Made by a program: the position numbers and the translations under genes. Positions 36,544-46,225 of a stretch of DNA of 64,000 nt are shown here, one piece after another. Source of the DNA: an uncultured Candidatus Saccharibacteria bacterium (GTDB taxonomy: Bacteria; Patescibacteriota; Minisyncoccia; Phycocordibacterales; UBA2100); the NCBI GenBank assembly GCA_964350885.1, contig CAYGKV010000006.1, positions 18-64,017 of the forward strand, written 5' to 3'. The notes below the pieces were generated by a model, which searched no databases, was not told the origin of the DNA, and was given only the letters and a program-made list of their open reading frames with translations. Numbering within the stretch: position 1 is the stretch's first letter; each line of letters opens with the position of its first letter.

Positions 36544-36915
36544 ATGAAAGCATTGTTAACTAATTACCACCAATCGCCCCGCAAGGTACGTCTCGTTGCG
36601 GATTTGATTCGTGGGAAGAGTATTGCGGCTGCACGCGCGGCGCTCCTCTACTTGCCAAAGAAATCCTCTCCAGCAATCGAGAAGCTTTTGGATTCAGCGA
36701 TCGCAAACGCAGGAGCACAAGGCGCTTCTGTCGAGAATTTGTTTGTAAAGACGATCACGGTAGATAAAGGGCTGGTGATGCGCCGCTCAAGGCCCTACGC
36801 ACGCGGCCGCGCAGGCACCCTTCGAAAGACGATGAGCATCATCAAAATCGAACTGAGTCCGATTTTGAAGTCAAAAGGCAAAAATCAAAAGGCAAAAGTC
36901 GCCGAAACAAAGTAA
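36544..36915 (+). CDS. rplV: 50S ribosomal protein L22
   Basis: KVRLVADLIRGKSIAAARAALLY. Confidence 0.9.
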   Translation: MKALLTNYHQSPRKVRLVADLIRGKSIAAARAALLYLPKKSSPAIEKLLDSAIANAGAQGASVENLFVKTITVDKGLVMRRSRPYARGRAGTLRKTMSIIKIELSPILKSKGKNQKAKVAETK

Positions 36916-36964
36916 TCCATGTACGCACCTTTACCTTTTACCTTCTAACTTTTACATTACTTTT

Positions 36965-37663
36965 ATGACACACACCGTACATCCATACGCACATCGCCTC
37001 GGCATCATCCGCGACTGGAAGTCGCGCTGGTTTGCAAAAACCCCGGCCAAATACCGTCAGAATGTCTGTGTCGATGCCGCGATTCGCCGTTTTCTCAAGA
37101 AGCGTTTGCGCGGTAGCTATGTCACGGCCGTTGATATAGAGCGCAACGAGAAATCCATTCGCATTATCGTGAAGACCTCTCGCCCAGGCCTCGTGATAGG
37201 TCGCGGAGGTGAAGGATCGGTCAAGCTCACAAAAGAGATCGAAGCGGTCATTCGTACGGTACCGCGCGCCGAGCGTAAGGCTGTCCGACTCGATGTCGAG
37301 GAAATCCGTTCGCCTGAATCACAGTCTCCTGTTGTTGCGTACATGGTTGCAGAAGGTTTGGAGAAACGCCAGACATTCCGCCGCGTCTTGAAGCAAACCG
37401 TTGAGAAGGTGATGGCGAATCGTGATGTCCAGGGAGTACGCATTGCGATTGCAGGCCGTCTTGGGGGGGCGGAAATGTCGCGCACCGAGGAAATTAAGCG
37501 TGGTCGTGTACCTCTTCAGACACTGCGTGCCGATATCGATTTTGCGCGCGAGCAGGCGTATCTGCCGTACGGTGTCATCGGAGTTAAGGTTTGGATTTAC
37601 CGCGGTGACATATTTGAAAAAGAAACCAAGTCCGCTCAAGTAGGGTCGACTTCAAAACGATAA
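36965..37663 (+). CDS. rpsC: 30S ribosomal protein S3
   Basis: KH domain and S3 C-terminal domain; GIIRDWKSRWFA. Confidence 0.92.
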   Translation: MTHTVHPYAHRLGIIRDWKSRWFAKTPAKYRQNVCVDAAIRRFLKKRLRGSYVTAVDIERNEKSIRIIVKTSRPGLVIGRGGEGSVKLTKEIEAVIRTVPRAERKAVRLDVEEIRSPESQSPVVAYMVAEGLEKRQTFRRVLKQTVEKVMANRDVQGVRIAIAGRLGGAEMSRTEEIKRGRVPLQTLRADIDFAREQAYLPYGVIGVKVWIYRGDIFEKETKSAQVGSTSKR

Positions 37664-37666
37664 CGT

Positions 37667-38089
37667 ATGCTTGCACCAAAGAAAGCGAAATATCGAAAGT
37701 GGCAGACTGGACGACGTCGCGGCAGACGCGTTGATTCTGCTGAAACACGCGGCATAACCGTCGCCTTCGGCTCGTTTGGCCTCAAGGCTCTCACGCAGGC
37801 TCGTGTCACATCGAATCAGCTCGAGGCAGCTCGTCGCGCGCTTACGCGCGCTGGAGGGAAGAGCGCGAAGATCTGGACGCGGATATTTCCTGACAGGCCG
37901 TTCACTCAAAAGGCCGCAGAAGTAGGCATGGGAAGCGGAAAGGGTGATGTCGCAGGGTATGTGTTCGATGTGCGGCCAGGTCGGGTGATTTTCGAGATTG
38001 ACGGCGCTACCGAGCCGATTTCACGCGAGGCCCTGCGGAAAGCGGGTACGAAATTGCCACTCAGAGCGCGAGTCGTAGCTCGTATATAG
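37667..38089 (+). CDS. rplP: 50S ribosomal protein L16
   Basis: MLAPKKAKYRKWQTGRRRG. Confidence 0.92.
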   Translation: MLAPKKAKYRKWQTGRRRGRRVDSAETRGITVAFGSFGLKALTQARVTSNQLEAARRALTRAGGKSAKIWTRIFPDRPFTQKAAEVGMGSGKGDVAGYVFDVRPGRVIFEIDGATEPISREALRKAGTKLPLRARVVARI

Positions 38090-38115
38090 ATCGTAACTTG
38101 CTTCATACAATACCT

Positions 38116-38319
38116 ATGTCTGATTTTTCAAAACAAGATATCGCAGAGCTTCAAAAGCTCGTTGCCGACAAGCGCGAGAGCTTGCGCGTGTTTCGATTTG
38201 GTGGCGCAGGTTCGCGCACCCGCAATGTTCGAGCTGGTCGCAACGTTCGCCGCGAGATCGCGCAGATATTGACAGAGTTGCAGGCCCGAAAACTTGCTTT
38301 GGTCAAGAAGACAGCATAG
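38116..38319 (+). CDS. rpmC: 50S ribosomal protein L29
   Basis: Small, helical, in the conserved position after rplP. Confidence 0.8.
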   Translation: MSDFSKQDIAELQKLVADKRESLRVFRFGGAGSRTRNVRAGRNVRREIAQILTELQARKLALVKKTA

Positions 38320-38334
38320 TATCCACCACTCGTT

Positions 38335-38574
38335 ATGGAACAGAACAAAACAGGCAAAACATTTGAGGGCGTCGTCGTGAAGGCGGCCATGACCGACACC
38401 TGCACCGTGCAGGTGGAGCGCTACGTCAAACACCCGAAGTACAAGAAGTACATTCGCCACAGCAAGAAATTCCTTGTACACAATCCTGGCAATACCGCTC
38501 AAGTAGGAGAGAAGGTCGTAATCAAAGAGACCCGTCCGATTTCGAAGCGCAAGCGATTCATCATCGTTACGTAA
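38335..38574 (+). CDS. rpsQ: 30S ribosomal protein S17
   Basis: GVVVKAAMTDTCTVQVERYVKHPKYKKY. Confidence 0.9.
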   Translation: MEQNKTGKTFEGVVVKAAMTDTCTVQVERYVKHPKYKKYIRHSKKFLVHNPGNTAQVGEKVVIKETRPISKRKRFIIVT

Positions 38575-38578
38575 ATGT

Positions 38579-38959
38579 ATGATACAAGATCGAACACTCG
38601 TGAAAATTGCAGACAACTCTGGCGGCATCATCGGCCGAGTGTTTAAAATTCTGGGCGGCTCAAAGCGGCGCTATGCCGGGATTGGCGATGAGATCGTGAT
38701 TTCAATACAAACCGCGCAGCCGCGTAAGAGCGTGAAGAAAAAAGAAGTGCATCGCGCAGTGGTCGTCCGGCAGAAGAACGCATTCCGTCGCGCCGATGGC
38801 TCATACGTACGCTTCGATGAGAATGCCGTCGTGCTCATCACAGGCTCCGGCAAGGAGCCGAAAGAGCCGAAGGCGAATCGCGTATTCGGGCCCATTCCGC
38901 GTGAGGTCGTTGATCGTGGGTATCAAAGGATTGGTTCGCTCGCACCGGAGATCGTGTAA
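38579..38959 (+). CDS. rplN: 50S ribosomal protein L14
   Basis: MIQDRTLVKIADNSGG. Confidence 0.92.
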   Translation: MIQDRTLVKIADNSGGIIGRVFKILGGSKRRYAGIGDEIVISIQTAQPRKSVKKKEVHRAVVVRQKNAFRRADGSYVRFDENAVVLITGSGKEPKEPKANRVFGPIPREVVDRGYQRIGSLAPEIV

Positions 38960-38986
38960 TTGTTCGAGGCACAGAATACATAATAT

Positions 38987-39298
38987 ATGAAACTCAAAAA
39001 AGGAGACAAAGTAATCGTAATCGCGGGGAAAAATAAAGGCCAAAGTGGCACCATCGCGCGCGTGCTCCCCAAGAATACGATGGTATTGCTCGATGGCATT
39101 AACCTGGTGAAGAAGCATCGCAAACCCTCGGCGCAAAACCGCAAAGGGCAGATCATAGAGAAGCCTATGCCTCTCCATGCTTCGAATGTGATGCTCATGG
39201 ATCCGCAATCAGGCAAGCCAACGCGCATCAAGATTACACGCGACAAGGAGGGGAATCGAGGGCGTGTGGCCGTTAAGAGCGGACAAGAACTGAAGTAA
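38987..39298 (+). CDS. rplX: 50S ribosomal protein L24
   Basis: MKLKKGDKVIVIAGKNKGQSG (KOW). Confidence 0.9.
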   Translation: MKLKKGDKVIVIAGKNKGQSGTIARVLPKNTMVLLDGINLVKKHRKPSAQNRKGQIIEKPMPLHASNVMLMDPQSGKPTRIKITRDKEGNRGRVAVKSGQELK

Positions 39299-39335
39299 CC
39301 CGACGGTTCAATACAATCTCACAAATACCTATTAT

Positions 39336-39869
39336 ATGAATACCACAGATCAAAAAAACACCTTCAGCGCGCTCAAAAGCGAGTTTGGATACAAGAGCGT
39401 CATGCAGGCGCCACGCCTCGTCAAGATCGTCGTTTCTACGGGCGTCGGCTCGCTAAAAGACAAAAAGAAACTCGAGCTCATCGTCGATCGATTGGCACAG
39501 ATCACGGGTCAGGCTGCGGCTGTGCGCGGAGCGAAGAAATCAATCGCTAATTTTAAGATTCGTGTCGGAGACGTCGCGGGATATCAGACAACACTCCGCG
39601 GAGCCCGCATGCAGACTTTTTTCGACAAGTTGATCCACATTGTATTTCCGCGAGTAAAAGACTTTCGTGGCATAAAGCCGAGCGCAATTGATGAAATGGG
39701 CAATATCTCAATCGGCCTCAAGGAGCACACCGTTTTCCCCGAAACATCCGACGAGGATTCAAAAGATATTTTCGGTCTTGCGATCACCATCGTCACTACT
39801 GCCAAGGGTAAGAAGGAGGCGGAAGCATATCTGCGCTACCTCGGCGTGCCTCTGCAGGAGAAAAAGTAG
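39336..39869 (+). CDS. rplE: 50S ribosomal protein L5
   Basis: Sequence and position are typical of L5. Confidence 0.9.
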   Translation: MNTTDQKNTFSALKSEFGYKSVMQAPRLVKIVVSTGVGSLKDKKKLELIVDRLAQITGQAAAVRGAKKSIANFKIRVGDVAGYQTTLRGARMQTFFDKLIHIVFPRVKDFRGIKPSAIDEMGNISIGLKEHTVFPETSDEDSKDIFGLAITIVTTAKGKKEAEAYLRYLGVPLQEKK

Positions 39870-40081
39870 TATTTTTGAGGCGAAAGAGTCGGTTTGACTT
39901 CTCGTCTCACCTCGCGTATATTTCACGGGCCTCGTAGGGGGCTTTGTTTTTAGAGTGATCCCTGATCCACTGGGTTAGGAGATATCGCAAGAACGAAGTC
40001 ACGCACGAAGCTTCCGTAACCCAACATCCGAAAGGTGGGGTGCAAGAGCTTCAAGCTACTCCTTTTCAAGGTACAACTTTC

Positions 40082-40267
40082 ATGGCAAAGAAATCAATGA
40101 TCATAAAGGCGAATCGAGTGCCTAAATTCTCGAGCCGCACGGTGCGGCGCTGTTTCAAGTGCGGTCGTCCGCGTGGTTTTATACGCGATTTCAATCTGTG
40201 CCGTATCTGTTTCCGCGAGGAGGCTCTGGAGGGGAATATCCCCGGCATCAAAAAATCTTCATGGTAA
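40082..40267 (+). CDS. rpsN: 30S ribosomal protein S14, type Z (zinc-binding)
   Basis: [12 protein letters not shown]...[23 protein letters not shown], 61 aa. Confidence 0.9.
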   Translation: MAKKSMIIKANRVPKFSSRTVRRCFKCGRPRGFIRDFNLCRICFREEALEGNIPGIKKSSW

Positions 40268-40400
40268 ATACTTGCACACTTGGCGCATTTCATCGTTGCG
40301 GAGCCTCTACGTCGCGCTCGTCGTATATTTCATACGCCTCACGCGCCGCTTTCTCCGCGCCTCGAACTGCGCACAAGTCTGTAAGTCTATGCAATCTAGT

Positions 40401-40793
40401 ATGGTAAACGATCCTGTCGGCGACTTCATAGTTTCCCTGAAGAATGCAGGCGCTATTCGTAAGGTGTCGGTATCTGTGCCATACTCCGCCTTCAAGATGG
40501 CTATTGCTGAGAAATTGAAGGAAGCGGGTTTTGTGTCGGCGGTAGAAAGAAAAGGAAAAAAGATCAGGAAAAATCTCGACATCACCCTTAAATACAAAGA
40601 CGGCGAGCACGCGATTGCGGGTGTTAAGAGGATATCGAAGCCGGGTCGTCGCTTGTACAAAAACTCGCGCGAGATAATCCCAGTTCGATACGGCTATGGC
40701 GCTCTCATACTTTCAACCCCGAAGGGAGTTCTCACGGATAAAGAAGCGCGGAAAGAAAAGGTCGGCGGTGAGGCATTGTTTGAAATCTGGTAG
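40401..40793 (+). CDS. rpsH: 30S ribosomal protein S8
   Basis: MVNDPVGDFIVSLKNA... Confidence 0.9.
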   Translation: MVNDPVGDFIVSLKNAGAIRKVSVSVPYSAFKMAIAEKLKEAGFVSAVERKGKKIRKNLDITLKYKDGEHAIAGVKRISKPGRRLYKNSREIIPVRYGYGALILSTPKGVLTDKEARKEKVGGEALFEIW

Positions 40794-40819
40794 TTATCCT
40801 ACGTGCACCATATATACCT

Positions 40820-41365
40820 ATGTCAAGAATTGGAAAAAGAACGATAACGATTCCCGCAGGCACCGAAGTGTCTATTGCTTCCCATGAAATCACGGTCAAG
40901 GGGAAGGGGGGCACCTTGAAGCGTGCACTGCATCCCGCGATCTCTGTTGTCGTGGAGAAGGGTATGGCATCCGTTTCCCCGAAAGAAACATCTCGACTCG
41001 CACGTGCTCTGTGGGGGACGTACGCGGCACACGTACGCAATATGATTGAAGGTGTAAATACACCCTTCATAAAGAAACTTCAGATTGAGGGTATCGGATT
41101 TCGCGCGGAACTCTCCGGAAAACAACTCAAACTTGCCGTTGGGTTTTCGCACCCTGTAGTCTTGGCTGTCCCCGCAGGCATTACGGCTGCTGTAGAAAAG
41201 AACATCATTACTGTCTCTGGAGCTGATAAAGAGCAGGTGGGGGAATTTGCTGCTTCCGTTCGATCGATCAAGAAGCCGGAGCCGTACAAAGGAAAGGGTA
41301 TTCGATACGAAAACGAGGTCGTTCGCCAGAAGCAGGGTAAGAAGGCTGCAGCTGCAGCCGCATAA
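40820..41365 (+). CDS. rplF: 50S ribosomal protein L6
   Basis: MSRIGKRTITIPAGTEVSI... Confidence 0.92.
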   Translation: MSRIGKRTITIPAGTEVSIASHEITVKGKGGTLKRALHPAISVVVEKGMASVSPKETSRLARALWGTYAAHVRNMIEGVNTPFIKKLQIEGIGFRAELSGKQLKLAVGFSHPVVLAVPAGITAAVEKNIITVSGADKEQVGEFAASVRSIKKPEPYKGKGIRYENEVVRQKQGKKAAAAAA

Positions 41366-41392
41366 TCCGCAGATCACACGCATTCAATTTTT

Positions 41393-41737
41393 ATGGAACT
41401 CACAAAATCACAGCAACGAAATCGAAGACACCGTCGGGTGCGCGCTAAGGTCGTCGGAAGCTCGACACGCCCGCGCCTCTCGATTCACAAATCCAACACG
41501 CGCCTTACTGCCCAGATTATTGACGATGCAAAAGGTATGACAATCGCAGCCGTCTCTTCCGCGGGAGAGAAAGGGAAGACCCCTCGTGAACGAGCCGAGT
41601 CCGCTGCTGTCACTCTCGCAAAACGTGCGAGCGAGAAAGGTGTAAAGGCGGTGGTTTTTGATCGAGGTGGATTTAAATATCAGGGAACAGTAAAGACATT
41701 TGCTGACGCTGCGCGAGCTGCGGGATTAGAATTTTAA
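41393..41737 (+). CDS. rplR: 50S ribosomal protein L18
   Basis: Position and the RPRLSIHKSNTRLTAQIID pattern. Confidence 0.88.
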   Translation: MELTKSQQRNRRHRRVRAKVVGSSTRPRLSIHKSNTRLTAQIIDDAKGMTIAAVSSAGEKGKTPRERAESAAVTLAKRASEKGVKAVVFDRGGFKYQGTVKTFADAARAAGLEF

Positions 41738-41747
41738 TGAACCACGT

Positions 41748-42365
41748 ATGACTGATAATCAAACAGAAGAGAAGGTCTTGGGTGAAGTGGTGGTAGATGC
41801 TCCTGCCGTAGTCAAAGATGATGTCGCGCAAAAACCTGGCTTTGGTAATGCTCGCGGTAATCGTGATCGTCGAAGTGGGGGTCGCGGTGGTCGCCCAAGT
41901 CGAGGGGGAAGAGGAGGCGATGAGCGCCGCAGTGAATTTGCCCAAAAACTGATCGGCATTAGGCGTGTTGCTCGTGTGATGGCCGGTGGTCGTCGATTTA
42001 ATTTTAGCGCTGCGCTCGTCATCGGAGACAAGAAGGGGCGTGTGGGGGTTGGTTTGGGTAAGGCGGCAGATACCGCACAAGCAATAGATAAGGCGACACG
42101 AGCCGCTAAGCGGAGCATGATCAATTTGAATCTGACGAAGAATCGCAGCCTCACACGCAACGTTGAGGCGAAGTATTGCGCATCGCGCGTCGAGATTCGT
42201 CCGAGTCCCGGTCGCGGGCTCGTCGCAGGCTCATCGGTGCGCACCGTGCTTGAGCTCGCTGGTGTCTCGGATGTAACGGCAAAGCTTCTTTCGCGCAGCA
42301 AAAATCCGGTCAATAATGCACGCGCTGCCATAGAAGCCCTCAAGAGTCTTACACTTCTGAAATAG
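41748..42365 (+). CDS. rpsE: 30S ribosomal protein S5 with a Gly/Arg-rich N-terminal extension
   Basis: [38 protein letters not shown]. Confidence 0.9.
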   Translation: [205 protein letters not shown]

Positions 42366-42392
42366 TCGCATTACACTCACCACAAGTAATTT

Positions 42393-42836
42393 ATGGCATC
42401 ACTACATTCATTGAAACGTACGACTGCGCGCGCGAGCAGACGCGTGGGTCGTGGAGGTAAACGCGGTAAGACCTCGGGGCGCGGTACCAAAGGACAAAAC
42501 GCGCGCTCTGGCCGCAAGAAGCGACCAGAAATGCGCGACATCATTAAGAAATTGCCCAAGCGACGAGGATACGGAAAGAATCGGGGGCGCACTGTAGACG
42601 GCACAAAGCTGGATGCGATGGCGGTTTCTATCGAACGTCTCGAGACCCTGTTTGATTCCGGAAGCGAGATCACCGTGCAGACGCTCGTAGGAAAGGGAGT
42701 CATTCGCAATCGGGCGATGACGCCGGTAAAAATCGTTGGCGGTGGTACTATAACGAAGAAGTTCACCCTCAAGGGTCTTCCCGTTTCGGCGTCGGCTCGT
42801 GGAGCGATCGAGAAAGCTGGTGGTGTAATCTTGTAA
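42393..42836 (+). CDS. rplO: 50S ribosomal protein L15 (follows S5 directly; no L30 gene)
   Basis: Gly/Arg-rich N-terminus typical of L15. Confidence 0.88.
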   Translation: MASLHSLKRTTARASRRVGRGGKRGKTSGRGTKGQNARSGRKKRPEMRDIIKKLPKRRGYGKNRGRTVDGTKLDAMAVSIERLETLFDSGSEITVQTLVGKGVIRNRAMTPVKIVGGGTITKKFTLKGLPVSASARGAIEKAGGVIL

Positions 42837-42840
42837 GCGT

Positions 42841-44115
42841 ATGTGGGAACAATTTGTCAGGAAAGTGAAGCTTGTTGTCCAGGATGAGGTGTTGCGCACG
42901 CGCGTACTCTTTGTACTCTCCGCGCTCGTCGTCTTCCGCTTGCTTGCGGTCATCCCTATTCCTGGCATCAATTCTGCGCAGCTCGAAGCATTTTTGAGTA
43001 ACAACCAATTCCTTGGCCTTCTCAATGTATTTTCCGGAGGTGGTTTCTCCAATCTATCCATCATGATGATCGGTGTTTCGCCCTACATTACGGCTTCGAT
43101 TGTGATGCAGCTCATGACCATCCTCGTCCCAAAATTGAAGGAGATGTACCAGGAGGAGGGAGACGCTGGGCGCATGCGCTTCATGCAATACTCACGCTAC
43201 CTCTCGGTTCCGTTGGCGTTCATTCAGGCGTTCGGTTTTCTTCTCCTTCTGCAGCAAAATGGCATTGTGTCGCAACTCACCACGCTCGCGTTTGTCACCA
43301 ACGTCATTGTGATAGCGGCCGGCGCGATACTCCTCATGTGGATTGGAGAGCTCATTTCTGAATTTGGTGTGGGCAACGGAGTTTCTCTCATTATTTTCGC
43401 CGGTATCGTTTCTAGTCTTCCTTCGGCAGCGGCTCAGCTCGTCTTCGCGTTTGATGTTTCTCAGGTCCCCATGTACATCGCTTTCACCGCAGCGGCAGCA
43501 GCGATTATCGCGGGGGTCGTGTTTGTAACAGAAGCGGAACGTCCGATTCCGGTCACCTATGCGCGACGGGTGCGAGGCACGAAAGTATTGGGGGGTGTTT
43601 CTACATATCTTCCTCTTCGCGTGAATCAGGCCGGTGTTATCCCTATAATCTTCGCTCTTTCGATTCTGCTCTTCCCGCAGATGATCGCGACGTTTCTCAC
43701 GAAAAGCTCGATCACGCTTGTTGCATCTATTGGGAATGCCGTCGTTGCCGCTCTCGCGAATCAATGGGTCTATGGTGCCCTCTACTTCTTTTTGGTCTTT
43801 GTCTTTACGTATTTCTATACCGCAATTACGTTTGAGCCCAATCAGATAGCGAAAAATCTGCAGAAAAACGGTGCGTTCATTCCCGGCGTGCGACCAGGTA
43901 TCACGACTGCAGAGTATCTTGGCAATATCATTACGCGGATCACGCTGGTGGGAGCGCTCTTTCTCGGTGTGCTCGCGGTCTTGCCGCTCATCCTCCAAGG
44001 CATCACGGGCATTACGGCAATTACGATCGGCGGCACCGCGCTTCTCATTGTCGTCTCAGTGGTACTCGATGTTGTGAAAAAGGTTGACGCGCAGACTTCT
44101 ATTCGAGAGTATTAA
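42841..44115 (+). CDS. secY: preprotein translocase subunit SecY
   Basis: 424 aa, 10 TM helices, conserved SecY plug and hinge sequences. Confidence 0.93.
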   Translation: MWEQFVRKVKLVVQDEVLRTRVLFVLSALVVFRLLAVIPIPGINSAQLEAFLSNNQFLGLLNVFSGGGFSNLSIMMIGVSPYITASIVMQLMTILVPKLKEMYQEEGDAGRMRFMQYSRYLSVPLAFIQAFGFLLLLQQNGIVSQLTTLAFVTNVIVIAAGAILLMWIGELISEFGVGNGVSLIIFAGIVSSLPSAAAQLVFAFDVSQVPMYIAFTAAAAAIIAGVVFVTEAERPIPVTYARRVRGTKVLGGVSTYLPLRVNQAGVIPIIFALSILLFPQMIATFLTKSSITLVASIGNAVVAALANQWVYGALYFFLVFVFTYFYTAITFEPNQIAKNLQKNGAFIPGVRPGITTAEYLGNIITRITLVGALFLGVLAVLPLILQGITGITAITIGGTALLIVVSVVLDVVKKVDAQTSIREY

Positions 44116-44122
44116 CCGCATG

Positions 44123-44716
44123 AAGGAGCGACACGTCGTTGTTATCGCAGGTCCTACGGGAAGCGGCGAAACGACGGTTACGAATGAGATTGTAAAGCGT
44201 TTTTCCCATCGGGTGAAGCGGCTTGTTACCGCGACCACGCGCCCACCGCGTGCGGGAGAAAAGAGCGGCACAGACTACTACTTTTTCACCAAGGAAGAAT
44301 TCGCACGGCGGAAGGAGGCGGGTGATATTCTCGAATCAACTTATATTCCAAACAGAGATACCTACTATGGAACCTACGCGCCTGATCTGAAGGACAAAAT
44401 TGACTCGGGTTTTATCGTGATCGTGAATCCCGATATCGTAGGAGCGCGGTACTACAAGGAAAAATACAATGCAGTAACTATTTTCATAGTCCCCGAAAGT
44501 ATTGATGCGCTCACGCGCCGTATTCGAGAAAGAAACCCGGAATTGCCGGAGTCCGAAGTAGTAAAACGGCAAGCCAATGCCGAGGCCGAGATCCAGAACG
44601 AGCAATCGTTTTATGATTATGCGGTGGCGAACGTAGACGGAAAGTTGGAGGAGACTGTACAAGGGGTCATAGATATTATGCACAAGGAAGGCTATAATTT
44701 TGGGGCTGCGTCTTAA
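44123..44716 (+). CDS. gmk: guanylate kinase
   Basis: P-loop GPTGSGETT; TTRPPRAGEKSGTDYYFF matches the GMP-kinase motif (TTRxPRxGExxGxDYxFV). Confidence 0.8.
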   Translation, partial: KERHVVVIAGPTGSGETTVTNEIVKRFSHRVKRLVTATTRPPRAGEKSGTDYYFFTKEEFARRKEAGDILESTYIPNRDTYYGTYAPDLKDKIDSGFIVIVNPDIVGARYYKEKYNAVTIFIVPESIDALTRRIRERNPELPESEVVKRQANAEAEIQNEQSFYDYAVANVDGKLEETVQGVIDIMHKEGYNFGAAS

Positions 44717-44750
44717 TTGACGCCAACGCAGCATGATTTCGCAAAATCAC

Positions 44751-45341
44751 ATGAACCCCTTAACCGTTCTTTTTTTCGGCCCCCAGGGCGCAGGGAAGGG
44801 CACGCAGGTGAAACTTCTCATCGAAGTTCTCCAGAAAAAATCCGATCGAGGCATTATTCATATCGACATGGGGCAGCTCTTGCGCAACATGATTGCATCG
44901 GGAAGTTATAGCGGCGTGCTTACGAATGAAATTGTCGGCATCGGCTCGCGCATGCCGGATTTTATGCCCATCTATCTGACGACCGATGCTCTCGTCCGAC
45001 AATGTACCGGAGAAGAGCACATTATTGCCGATGGCCTTGCGCGGGGCCCTGATCAAACGCGAGGATGGGATGATGCGATGACCTTTTACAAGCGTCCGGA
45101 TTACCAGATTGTTTCTCTTGAGCTATCCGAACAAGAGAGTATCAAGCGGCTTCTCATTCGTGGAAGGAGCGATGACACTGAAGATGCCATAAAAAAACGT
45201 TTGGCATGGCATACGGCTGAGGTGAAGCCGCAGTTGGAGTTTCTCGCGAGTCGGGGGCGCTCAATTCATGTCGTGGATGGCGGCGCGAATGCGGAGACTG
45301 TTCATCAGAACATTCTCTCGGTACTTGGATTAAAACAATGA
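44751..45341 (+). CDS. adk: adenylate kinase
   Basis: GPQGAGKGTQ P-loop; LID and core are typical. Confidence 0.9.
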   Translation: MNPLTVLFFGPQGAGKGTQVKLLIEVLQKKSDRGIIHIDMGQLLRNMIASGSYSGVLTNEIVGIGSRMPDFMPIYLTTDALVRQCTGEEHIIADGLARGPDQTRGWDDAMTFYKRPDYQIVSLELSEQESIKRLLIRGRSDDTEDAIKKRLAWHTAEVKPQLEFLASRGRSIHVVDGGANAETVHQNILSVLGLKQ

Positions 45342-46108
45342 TTGCGAAAACGAAAGAAGAGATCGAAATACTACGCGAAGGAGGGCGGCGGCTCGCGCGG
45401 CACGTGCGGATTTTGAGCGGGATGGTCGTGCCCGGAGTGACACCTCGTGCACTCGAGGATAAGGCGAGAGAGATGGTGAAGGCAGAAGGCGATACACTCG
45501 CGTTTTTCGGGCATACCGAGCGCAAGCGCGATACGCCATACCCCTCAGGTCTCTGTGTCTCGATCAATGATGTGATCGTGCATTCTCCTGCAAGCGATAA
45601 CAGTGGCATCATTCGCGAAGGCGATGTGGTATGCCTTGATTTCGGCATCAAACACAAGGGTCTCTACACCGATCATGCCGTCACGGTGATCGCGGGGACG
45701 AGACGTGATCCGCATGATGAGGAGTTGGTTCGCGGTACCGTTGAAGCGCTTGCCGCGGGGATTAAGGAGGCGCGCATAGGGAATACGACGGGCGACATTG
45801 GATATGCGGTCGAGCAGATCGCGCACAAATATAATTTCGGGTTTCCCCGCAACCTTTCGGGGCATGGCGTGGGGCAGAAGGTCCACGAAGAGCCGCATGT
45901 GCCCAACTACGGTGAGCCGGGTAAGGGGGTGGAGCTGGTGGAAGGGCTTGTGATCGCGATCGAGCCCATGATGACGCTCGGAAGCGGAGATTTATATATT
46001 GATGACGACGGGTATTCGTATCGAACAAAAGACGGTTCGCGGACGGCGCATTTCGAGCACACAGTGCTCATCGCAAAAGACGGCCCGGAGATACTCACCG
46101 AAGAATAA
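45338..46108 (+). CDS. map: type I methionine aminopeptidase
   Basis: Pita-bread fold motifs; conserved position after adk. Confidence 0.9.
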   Translation: MIAKTKEEIEILREGGRRLARHVRILSGMVVPGVTPRALEDKAREMVKAEGDTLAFFGHTERKRDTPYPSGLCVSINDVIVHSPASDNSGIIREGDVVCLDFGIKHKGLYTDHAVTVIAGTRRDPHDEELVRGTVEALAAGIKEARIGNTTGDIGYAVEQIAHKYNFGFPRNLSGHGVGQKVHEEPHVPNYGEPGKGVELVEGLVIAIEPMMTLGSGDLYIDDDGYSYRTKDGSRTAHFEHTVLIAKDGPEILTEE

Positions 46109-46225
46109 AGGTTCCTCGCAGCAAGCTGCGAGGCATTAACCTGTGTTGGCTCCTCGGCTCGGAAATGTGAAATGGTACTTCCACATTTCTCTCGCCCTAC
46201 GTCGCCAATAAGCTACAATACATCG

